NCBI GenBank assembly: GCA_010015805.1
Contig: ML978125.1
Span: 1,984,001-2,048,000, forward strand
Direction of reading: 5' to 3'
Length of the DNA stretch: 64,000 bases
Source of the DNA: Rhizodiscina lignyota
Taxonomy: Eukaryota
Shown: piece by piece, positions 12,735 through 22,497 of the stretch
How positions within the stretch are numbered: position 1 is the first letter of the stretch
Layout of the letters: every line of letters begins with the position of its first letter
Notes under the pieces: generated by a model
Databases searched by the model: none
What the model saw: the letters and a program-made list of their open reading frames with translations, nothing else
What the model was told of the DNA's origin: nothing
Made by a program: the position numbers and the translations under genes

Positions 12735-14417
12735 CTGATGCAACGATGGCTGGCCAGGGTGAGCGCAGGGAGAGGGGGGAGAGGAGCTCTGGCGAGCGGG
12801 TGGGAGCGAGAGGGCGCAATTGAGCAATGTGGGCAGCGTCAATTGAATTTGCAGCGTGTGTGTGGAGTGTCCGCGGACTCTGTGGTGAAGAGAGCAGGGC
12901 GCGGGCTCGAGCTTGCAGTGTTGGTCGAGGTGAAACCTGAGTGTGATGCTAGGGTGGGGTGTGAATGGTGAGGGGCAGCACACGCTGGAGCTTGCTCGAA
13001 GGAAGCTCCAACAAAGGCACAGAGCCCGAAGCTGCCCGGTTTAGCGAACAATTTTCCGCTGGCTGGCCCTTTCTTTTGCAGAGCGCGACATTGCTAAGCT
13101 GAAGGCGCGCGCGGCAGGCCAATTGCGACGCTGGCAAGCTTGCGCCGGCCCAGCTTCAGGAACCATTCCTCCCCTCGCGCTCAGGAACAGCACAGCTCGG
13201 AGGGAGCTTGTCTGCAAACAGCTCTGCGACGTCATTTGGGTGTCCCTTAAAAGCACCGCCATCCCACCCTTCATCCTGTCCTTCTCGAGTCGTCGCAGGA
13301 GGTCACACTCAATGCAGCATTCATCCAAGTCCAGCGCTTGCCCGGTTGAGTGTGCCGGGTACAGGGCAGCGCGAGGGCAGCACGGCACCAGCAGCTCTCC
13401 CCTGTCGTCGAGGTCCAGCTCATGCTGCCAACAGCTGACAGAGATGCTCACAAGCAAGGACCAGCACTGACTCCGCGTCATCGACTGCTTGCGACAATTC
13501 GGCAGAATCGGAGGGCCGATCGACGTCTCGCGCTGGGGTGTGGCATTGGCTGAGTAGAACAGACGGAATGGGACTGGCGCTTCGAGGGCGCCATGTGCCC
13601 GGGTGGGAGGACTGCCAGTCATCGCCAGACCTCTCACATGTTGCTGCCAGTCTATTTTAGTCGGACGTCCTGTCTGTTTTTCCTGTCGCTGGTACTGTTG
13701 TACTCCTCAGCTCCATCGTCGTTCGTCGACCCCGTTCAGAGCGTGCGCCATCCATCCTTTGAGGGAACAGGTCTACCGGAAAAAGCCGTGCCTAGCAAGG
13801 ACAGGCGGCCTGGCAGCATCGTTTCGTCGATCCGGGCGCCGATGTTTCGAGCGATGAAGCAAGAAACAAGCGCGGCTATAGTAGGGCTGTTCGCTAAGAC
13901 TTGATTAGAGACATGCTGGTATAAACAGCTACAGGTGTAACATGAGCAGCAGCGCTTTAAGAGGGTGGCATATGTAGGCGCGCAAAAGGAGCATGTCCAA
14001 GGCCGAGCCTGGAGCCACTGCTCGTGTCGGCCTTCTCTCTGTCGCTGGCGGGCAGCTTCAACCGACGCGACACGGCTCAGGTTGCCCGTTGGTGGCCATG
14101 GCGTCGATAGGGAATCTGACCCATCTCATCCACTCCTCAACTTCACTCCGTCTCTCCCTTTTGCTTCTTTCTGCTTGACTTGATATAGCGAGCCTGTCGC
14201 GCCCTCTTTCAGACTGCGGATTTTCGTGACATGGTGACGCTTGCCTCCACGAGATTTCGCTTTACATTCTATCCATCGACCATGTAATTTTTAGATCTAC
14301 GAGGTCAGTAATTGAATCCTTACCTTTCGTCCTCCAACATGCTAATGGTTAATTTACTGCAGGCTATAATCAGGCCCTTACCTTACCCTTTCGAACGAAA
14401 TACAACCATTTAATGCA

Positions 14418-15572
14418 ATGCCTTTGAGTATCAAATCCATCAACGGCGACACCTGCTTCCTCCTAACCTTTACGCCTCCAATCGCTCCAAGGTCCTCTTC
14501 ACCAGGGCTATTCCCGGGCTCGTTCACCATTCTCGTCGATCCGTGGTTGACTGGTCCTACGCATATCATCAGTCCAGGCTTCTCGACAACGAAGCAATCT
14601 CGACAGCCATGCATAAAATCGCTAGCAGAGCTGGAGGATGAGCTTGATCTGATTTTAGTCTCCCAAGACAAGCCGGACCACTGCAATAAAGCTACGTTGA
14701 AGCAGTTGTCACCCCACACTGCGGCCACTATTGTTTCCACTCCCGTAGCTGCGAAGAAGATCCGATCATGGAACCACTTCGATCGACGGAGCATATCCTC
14801 GTTGCCGAGCTATGATCCCACCAACAGCAACTCTGTCTACCGCATCTCCCTGCACCCTCCATCTCCTCGCGGATCCCCTGGTGAAATTACAATCACTATT
14901 CTTGCACCCAAGTTCGACATGAGCGGCCTTCACAATGCGATCGGCATCACGTACCGCCCGCCTTCCACAGTCTTAAGTCAAAACCACGGCTCTTACATCA
15001 ACCTACCAATGACACCGCCACTGACACCAATGTCACCAACGTTCCAGTCGTCTACACTCTCTCCATCGCCGTATAACAACCGAGAGAAGACTCTCAGTGT
15101 CCTGTATTCCCCGCACGGCGCGCCTTATCCGCTCGTCAAGAGCTGGGCGCAAAACCATCTGGTCAAAGAGGGCGCATTGCCGCTCACTGCATTGATACAT
15201 AGCTTCGACGTCGTCGAGAATCCATGGTACCTGGGCGGCATTATCACCACCGGCTTCCCGGGTGGCTGCGAGATTGCGCGAAATCTGCAGGCAAAGGCAT
15301 GGATTGGTGCACACGACGCAGAGAAAGAGGTCTCCGGTCTGGGCGTGAAGCTGCTGCAGACGAAGAAATTTGGACTCGATGATATCAAGCGACATCTCGA
15401 CGAAAATGGAATTGACGTCTTGGACAATAAGAGCGTGAGCACGGATGATACGAGTGCGAGCTCGGCGAGTAGGAGCATAAGTGGGAGCAGTGGGAGGAGC
15501 AGCGGCAAGAGATCAAGGATGGATGTGGTTGTTCTGGATGTGGGCGAGGAGACGCAGATACCTGCTATGTAA
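14418..15572 (+). CDS. Metallo-beta-lactamase-fold protein with degenerate metal motif
   Basis: ILVDPWL, ILVSQDKPDHCN (position of HxHxDH), LYSPHG, WIGAHD; probable 5'-UTR intron ending at 14361. Confidence 0.75.
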   Translation: MPLSIKSINGDTCFLLTFTPPIAPRSSSPGLFPGSFTILVDPWLTGPTHIISPGFSTTKQSRQPCIKSLAELEDELDLILVSQDKPDHCNKATLKQLSPHTAATIVSTPVAAKKIRSWNHFDRRSISSLPSYDPTNSNSVYRISLHPPSPRGSPGEITITILAPKFDMSGLHNAIGITYRPPSTVLSQNHGSYINLPMTPPLTPMSPTFQSSTLSPSPYNNREKTLSVLYSPHGAPYPLVKSWAQNHLVKEGALPLTALIHSFDVVENPWYLGGIITTGFPGGCEIARNLQAKAWIGAHDAEKEVSGLGVKLLQTKKFGLDDIKRHLDENGIDVLDNKSVSTDDTSASSASRSISGSSGRSSGKRSRMDVVVLDVGEETQIPAM

Positions 15573-15903
15573 GAGTATAGCAGGGTAATGGCCAGTATCA
15601 GGTAATGTCAGTAATGTGACTGGAAGCCACAAGAGTGTAGGCTAGTTATTCTAGCATTCTATCCAATCCCATGCAGCTTTACTTTTTTCGTAATTCCTCC
15701 TCATTCGGAAAGTATGTAGGTTGAGTCACTACTTATTTTGTCTAAACGTTCGTTTCATCGCTATTGGCTCCCCAATTCCAACGGTGAACACCACCATCAA
15801 TTCTGCTTGGAGCCTATCAATCCCAACGGCGATTGATGGTGATGGCCACCAACTACAATAAACTCTTCTCCTTCCCTCTCATCCTTTCGATTTGTTCTAT
15901 ATG

Positions 15904-15978
15904 CAGGAACTTCTGTGTCAGGCACTTTCTCATCGAGATCTTCTTCTTCAGGAGCTTCTGCATCAGGAACTTCAACTT
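15904..15978. repeat. 5 x 15-bp degenerate tandem repeat (CAGGAACTTCTGCAT-like)
   Basis: CAGGAACTTCTGTGT, CAGGCACTTTCTCAT, CGAGATCTTCTTCTT, CAGGAGCTTCTGCAT, CAGGAACTTCAACTT. Confidence 0.75.
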
Positions 15979-16113
15979 CAAAGGTAAGGTTTTAACATAA
16001 GCTTGGATATTCTACTTATACCACTATAAGTTCTAACATTAATGTCGATATTACAGCAATCGCCCTCGTCATCATAACACCATCATCATAATCATCATCT
16101 CATACCCACCACC

Positions 16114-16677
16114 ATGCCCGCAACCCGCCGCACCACCGCCAAAGCGGGCATCACCCTGCCCTCCAAGCCGCCGGTCGAAGACCCGGACAGCATCGGCACC
16201 ATGCGTGCCACCGCAGCCGCCGCCGCCGCCGCCGCCGAGGTCGTCGAGGCCTCCAGACAGGCCGAATACGCGGAGCCGTCGGCGGGCCCAAGCGAGCCTC
16301 GCCCGAAGAAGGAGGCCCCGTGCTGGAAGGCCGGGGACAAGATCGAGAGGCTGCGGCCCAGCAAGGCGGCTTCTGCGAATTGGGCCCCGCAGATGCGGGA
16401 GCAGGAGAGGAAGGAGAAGAGGGAGCAGGCGGAGGAGGATGCTGTGCTGGGCGAGTATGGGTTGCGGTTGTGGGAGAAGAGGTTGGGGACGGAGTTTAAG
16501 CGGCGCGGGGGAGGGCTTTTGGAGGAGAGGCGGGAGGAGTGGGCGAGGCAGACGGCGGCGGAGGCTCTCGTGATGTTGAGCCAGTCGGGAGAGAGGTCGA
16601 GCGTGGAAAATGCGTCGGTGGATGGCTTGCCGACTCTGTGTGCTGCTGCGGAGGAGGTGAAGCGGCGTGACGTGTAG
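16114..16677 (+). CDS. Orphan hypothetical protein, 187 aa, charged/helical
   Basis: ATG in caccATGc context, strongly G/C-ending codons against AT-rich flanks; upstream canonical intron 15984-16056 (GTAAGG..CTAAC..CAG) indicates transcription. Confidence 0.6.
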   Translation: MPATRRTTAKAGITLPSKPPVEDPDSIGTMRATAAAAAAAAEVVEASRQAEYAEPSAGPSEPRPKKEAPCWKAGDKIERLRPSKAASANWAPQMREQERKEKREQAEEDAVLGEYGLRLWEKRLGTEFKRRGGGLLEERREEWARQTAAEALVMLSQSGERSSVENASVDGLPTLCAAAEEVKRRDV

Positions 16678-16801
16678 ATGCTCGGGTGTCGTAGCCAACT
16701 ACAATGAAGTCTTCTCCTTCCTCCTTATTATCCTTTTGATTTTTCTATATACTGTGAATTATGATTCTACTAATCTAAACTTAAGTATGTTTAAGACACT
16801 A

Positions 16802-16839
16802 AGGGCAACAGCAAATTACGAGGGCAACAGCAAATTACG
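16802..16839. repeat. Perfect 2 x 19-bp tandem duplication
   Basis: AGGGCAACAGCAAATTACG at 16802 and 16821. Confidence 0.95.
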
Positions 16840-16896
16840 AACTGTTATATTGAACTTAAGTGTTAGGTCTAATGTGGTTTTTCGACATGCACTGAA

Positions 16897-17012
16897 TAAC
16901 TAGTGGCATAACCGCAAAGGGCCCCCGCCCTTCCTAATAAACTCAGTCAGTCTGGTTTTCCTTACTGTCTTCCCGAATCGAAGAGTTCGATTCCGATTCG
17001 GGGAGCCAGTTA
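16897..17012 (+). ncRNA. Candidate Pol III-transcribed tRNA-like structured RNA (not a canonical tRNA)
   Basis: A-box-like TGGCATAACCG (16904-16914), B-box GTTCGATTC (16985-16993), closing stem TAACTAG/CCAGTTA, 12-bp stem 16969-16980/16994-17005, T4 tracts and T7 at 17044-17050. Confidence 0.5.
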
Positions 17013-17897
17013 GGTTTTGCACTTTTATTTTCCAAATTCACCCTTTTTTTAGCATCTAGATAGGATTTTTCCTTTAAGAGAACACGCGTTGTTTTATTTT
17101 ATTTTTTGGTTGACTTAGCTATATGATTCTTCATTGTTTGGCTCATCGCTGGCGCAGAGCACGTGACATGGCTAGGAGGCTCGGCACCGGATTAACCATA
17201 TTTCTAGCCTTCGGCTGGAAATATCAGTACCTCCCGGTACCGGTACGGAAGTACCCGTATCACGGGGGTTCTGGGTGCTAGCTCGTGGCCAACTATAATA
17301 AAGTCTTCTCCTTCCCTCTTATCCTTTCGATTTTTTCTATAGCAGAACTCGGATTTGCGGGCATCATTCTCCAGGACTTTCCCGGAAAGTCTCTCACTTG
17401 GCATCGCGCAGTATTCTGAGAGGGCATAGATCACAACGTGGAAATGCTCAGCTGAAGAAGGCCGAGAGAGATGGCGAGGAATAGAGATGAGCTCAGAGGA
17501 AGTAGGAGTTGAGAGGAGAGAATTGAAGCTTGGAGTATAGTGATGCTGTAACGGAAGAGGGGTCGTTCAATACCACATAGGTGGTGGGAAGACAATGCCA
17601 ACGCTTTAGCAGACGGTATTTAGTAAGCTGTGTACATTCTCATGCAATCGAAGCATTGCTCTTGCAGAAAGTTCTGTTCCTAGAGTTTATGGTAGTTTGT
17701 CCAAGGCGCAGAGGTGCGACAGAGCGTCTCCCGTGAATTACATACATTGTTGAAAGGCAGTTCAATGGCGCTCGGACTCTCCTTGTTCCCTCTGACCAGA
17801 TGTGCACACTTTCACTTTACCCACATTGAACATGACCTTTTCATTTCCACTCAGTTATCTGCACGCTTGAATATCTCGAATGTTGATACCCCCTTCG

Positions 17898-18989
17898 TTA
17901 TGCAGTTGCTTCAACAGTAGGAGCGGCACCCAACGCCTTCTCAGTCTTCTGCTCCTCAAGCTTTGCCTTCAATGCGGCAAAGTGTCGCTGCATTGCGACC
18001 TTGTTATTCTCATCACCAGTCCTCGCTGGGTACTTCTTCTTCGGCCCTTGGATGATAACATCCTTTAGCGGCTGGTTGAAATACGCAATACTATAACGCT
18101 CTCCAAAGAAGTCGCCTTCCTCAGACGGCGCCTTCACCCTGTGGAATGTCGATTTGAAGCGGTCGTCGCTCCAAGACATGAGACAGTCCCCGATATTGCA
18201 AATAGCCTCGCCCGCTTTGAGATCGACCTTTGTCCATTCATCTCCCAGTCCGAATTCAGTCACTGCCTCTCTTCCAGGACAAATTTCCAGTCCGCTCTGC
18301 CCCTCGCGCTGAAACAAGACGGTGAGGAAACTCCAGTCCGCATGTGCGCCTGCACGATGCCATACAGCTCCGTCGGCCGTTTTCGGAGTCTCAAAATAGT
18401 GCAGCAATCGGCAAACATTCTGTGAGTCCGGTCTTGTGATATCGTGCGCTTTGACGAAGTAGTCGTCAGGGAATCCGAGCCCCCGAGCAATGCACAACAT
18501 CAGCCGGTCTGAGACTTCTTGCATTCGATGCATAAATTGGAGTGATCTCTCCTTGAAGCCAGGCAGATACTCATCCGAGATCCAGATGCCTTTCATGTTG
18601 TCACCGTACTGGAGTTGATATGATTCTTTCTGGTCCGCAGCTCCAGTCGAAGGCCGCACCTGTGACTTGAACTCCCAGCCCACATTGTTGGGGCTCCAAG
18701 GTACGGTTGCCTTTACATCGCTGGGGAGAGCAAAGAACCTTTGAGAGTTGTCGAACATGTCTTCGATTTCCTCGATCGAAATCCCATGATCTGTAATGCT
18801 GAAGAATCCCACATTTTCAGCCGCGTTCACGATCTCAGCCGTGATTTCATCGACTCGACTGTCGAAATCACGAAGAGAGATCTGGGGTAGCGATTAGCAG
18901 GTGCTCTGCACTGTAAGAGACAACTGATGTGAGTGATAGCTTACTTTGGGGATCTTCCGATCGTTGTTGTATCTTGTCTTCTCGCCCAT
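17898..18989 (-). CDS. 2-oxoglutarate/Fe(II)-dependent dioxygenase (IPNS/DIOX_N + 2OG-FeII_Oxy family)
   Basis: ATG 18989, intron 18882-18944; IPKISL, GFFSITDHGI, RLLHY, HAD (HxD), FHRV distal His, RYS 2OG-binding motif. Confidence 0.92.
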
Positions 18990-19521
18990 GATGCCTTGAC
19001 ACGTAAGATGACGCTGAACGTGTCTAATGTCTAGTGCTTGCCAATTGCTTCGTGCGGTTGAGGTTGACACCGTTGGTGGCTCTTAAGGGGAGGAATTGAG
19101 ATATAAGCATCTCAGAATCCGATACGATGGTTCGCCGAAGCTCTGGAACTGCCAGAGATATTACTTGATCGGCAAAGTCCTATCTATCATCGGAAAACGA
19201 CTCTCCATCATCTTTAAGAGTGCAATCCACAAAAGTAAGAAATACATCACGCAATTTCGTGATAAAGGCGTCATCAGGGTGTACTGAAGCAAGGCGCGAG
19301 CCAAATAATTCACCGGCTACGTTCACAGAGGCAGGGGCTGATGAGGGCTCGAAATGGCACATGTGAAGGTAGAACCCTAACCCTAGGTAGCTAACCGCAC
19401 TAGCATCGCGTCACGCGTTCTCTATTGACTCTTCTCAACCTTTATGTCTTCTTCATAAGTCGCAATGTAAAGTTAATCATATGCCTCTGCATTAGGCTTG
19501 TTGATGAGAATCGTTCTGCCG

Positions 19522-21794
19522 ATGATGCCCGAAATTTCGACGCCAGGAGTGAGAAAGCGGCTGGCTTGCACGGCGTGTACCAAGCGGAAGGTAAAATGTG
19601 ACAAGAACCTACCTTGTCGAAATTGCATTCGCAAGTGAGTCGAGGAACCGGGTTGTGTATTGCAGAAGCTGACGGAGCGAAAGAGGTGACAACTGTGTCC
19701 GCGTTGACGATGTCGATGAGCGTATCACGCCTGGAGAATCATTGCGCCAGGACGCTCGTTTAACGGAATCACCACATGAGACTGATCTTTCGCCCGAGAG
19801 ATCTGTAAATGCACTGCGCCGAAAAATTGCAGATCTCGAGAGACAGCTTGAAGCGCACCGGGATGGCCTCCCACATACAACAGAGAGCATGGCCAGACCT
19901 CCTCCAAACGGGAGCGCAGAACTCGAAGATGCTGCTTCTATCCTCGAATATCTTGCTTGGGGGAGAATAAGGACTTCAGATCTCAACGAAAAGATTACTC
20001 GAGAAGCAGCTTTACGACCATCCATACGCACTGACCTCAACGGTGATGGCGGAGATGCAACCAACGAAGCCTTGATTGATGGATTTGATACAAGGAGTGC
20101 TCAGTTGAGTTTTCTCCAGCTACTCCTGCCTAGCCGTCATCAAATTCAACAACTTGTCGACTGGCACATAGAGCGCATATTGTGGTATCACAATTCATTC
20201 TATGCACCAACATTCCGGAGGCAGCTTGAAGATTTCTTCTCCAAACATGCAGGACTCGTCGACCACGACGGATTAAATCTGCTATGGGTTAGTCTTCTTT
20301 TCGCAGTCATGGCTGGTAGCATAGCATATGCATCGAACGACCAGGTCAAACAATGGGGTTTCCAAGGACAGGAACAACGGACTCTCTCGAAGCAATGGTG
20401 TGCTGCGGTAATGACTTGCCTCAACGTAGCCCAATACACCGCGAACCAGTGAGATACCATGCATAGGTCCATGTTATTGTCATACTGATACAGCGAGTTT
20501 TAGTTCCATTCTCAGCGTCCAAGCAATCGTATCATATACAATCGTTGCTCACCTGCTGGGCCAGTCAAACAACCACGCCGTCACGCTCGCAGCTGCAATC
20601 AGGATCGCACAAAGCCTAGGGCTCCACCGTTTGTCCAACGAAGCTTCAGGCAACATCATTGAGTTAGAGACCGGTCGACGGCTGTGGGCACAACTCTGCG
20701 TTCAAGACTGGTTTGGGATTCCTTTCTCAGAGACCTACTTTATCAATCCCCTTTACTCTACCTCTGCAGCACCGCGGAACTGTTATGATGAGGACTTTAC
20801 TACGGTACTAGGTGAATCAATTCCCACGAACATTACTTACTGTCGCCTGCATCATAAGATTGCCTTGTGCATGACGCGCTTACAAGACGAAACAATGGTC
20901 GCAAACACACCATACACAAAGTACGAGGCTGTTCTCAAGTACGACAAGGAGATGCGCGCAATAGCAGCTGCACGACCTTCATGTTTGGCGAGCAACTCAC
21001 CCATTAGCCCGAGCTGGCCTGCCTACATTCCGTGGGCGAGGCGTGCCACTACCGTGAGCACTAGTCATAAGATCATCATGATTCACCGAAATTTCCTAGG
21101 AGCAAGCTTCACCAATCCGGTCTTTTCTTACACCAGGCGGACGTGCATTGCCTCATCCAGAACTATCTTGAAGGAGTTTAAAGCTGCCGCAGAGGAGGAT
21201 GGACCCATCGTATGGACATTCGAAGCATTCGCCATCGCAGCTTCCATTATTCTCTGTCTCGATATTATGCACCGTGGGTTGGGTGAGAAAGACTGCATGG
21301 AAAATCGAAAGCTGGTGGAGGATGGCATTGCAGTGCTTCGGCGGTCACGGGTCAGTGCAGTAGCTTACCGCGGAGTAAGGCTGCTCGATGCGTTGATTGC
21401 TCAGGCCGTGCCAGAAGCACCTTCTACTGACGAGTCTTCATCAAGAAAACGGAAAGCCCGGGAACTTGAGGATCCCTCCAGCAAAACCGCATTCGACTTT
21501 CAAAGATTTGTTAGAGACTTTCGCGGCACTAAGGGCGCGGGAACTGATGTAAGACCAGCGGACGCTGCTGGGCCCCAGAGGCAGACACCTGCACCCGGCG
21601 TTACTTCAAATAGAAGTATAAATAATCCTACGGTACCTGTACCGGAACAGGCGGACTCCTTCGACTTCGATATGGCGACGGATCCAATGTTTCGCGATAC
21701 CATGGCCTTTACTGGCTATTATCCCTCAGATGGCACCGCACCCTCGTTCGAAAACCTACTATTTCTAGCGAACGCTGGCCTCCCCAATTTCTAG
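19522..21794 (+). CDS. Zn(II)2Cys6 fungal transcription factor with middle homology region
   Basis: Exon 1 (absent from the ORF track) RLACTACTKRKVKCDKNLPCRNCIR|..C; introns near 19635-19683 and 20449-20503; AIRIAQSLGLHR, ETGRRLWAQLCVQDW. Confidence 0.92.
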
Positions 21795-22497
21795 TGATTA
21801 CTTAGGAACAGCTGAATTCGGAGATTAGGCGTTCTTGCTACTGTGCTTGAGTGTCCCTTGAAATGCTTCCGGTGCCATGTTGGACTGCTTCAGAAGCTCA
21901 AGGTAAATGGTGTTGGGAGCGTGTAAAAGTCATGGCAGGAGTTCCTACGATATAACGATGCCATGAAATGTACATTATTTTGCAATGCATTCTTCACCTT
22001 CATGCGAGTGTGATCTCGAGTTCTCGTAAATCAATTCCCGTGACGAAGCCCCGTGTACGGAGTACCTAAACAACCACATTTAAGCCGTTCCGCGACGTCA
22101 CCGTGCAACAGTAAATTATTGTTTCTTGCGCACTTTGATCCTGGTTAGTGGTCTATATAAGCATCCTCTGTGTTGCCTCGGACAAATAGCACGCGATCGT
22201 GGCGCTGGCATTGTTTAAGAAACAACGGGGTACCTGCCTGGAGTCGCAACGCGGTGGTTGGCTAGGGCTGAGCACAGGCCGTTCGTGGCCGCGGCTTCGT
22301 GGGGATACACCTCTTCAACACGACTCTGCATCCTACCAGCCTCTTCTCCTGCACACTCCTCAACTCCCTTTCACCGCGCTCCATTTCTTATAACCAAGGT
22401 CGCGCAACGAGAGTCATCGCCGACGCCAACTCATCTTGGGCTGAACCCTCAGCACGACCTTCACACAACACGAACATGCGCAAAGCCAGGTGATCAA

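Larger units (their letters stand above)
15851..17340 (+). repeat. Three dispersed direct copies of a ~50-bp element (15851-15900, 16697-16748, 17291-17340)
   Basis: aactacaataaactcttctccttccctctcatcctttcgatttgttctat / aactacaatgaagtcttctccttcctccttattatccttttgatttttctat / aactataataaagtcttctccttccctcttatcctttcgattttttctat. Confidence 0.9.

Noticed and set aside
16897..17012. Canonical tRNA gene
   Set aside because: No 7-nt anticodon loop and a 12-bp rather than 5-bp T-stem; kept only as an ncRNA candidate.
19373..19386. AACCCTAACCCTAG telomere-like repeat or telomerase RNA template
   Set aside because: Only about two units inside a 530-bp divergent promoter, with no room for a kilobase-scale telomerase RNA; at most a Myb/Tbf1-type site.
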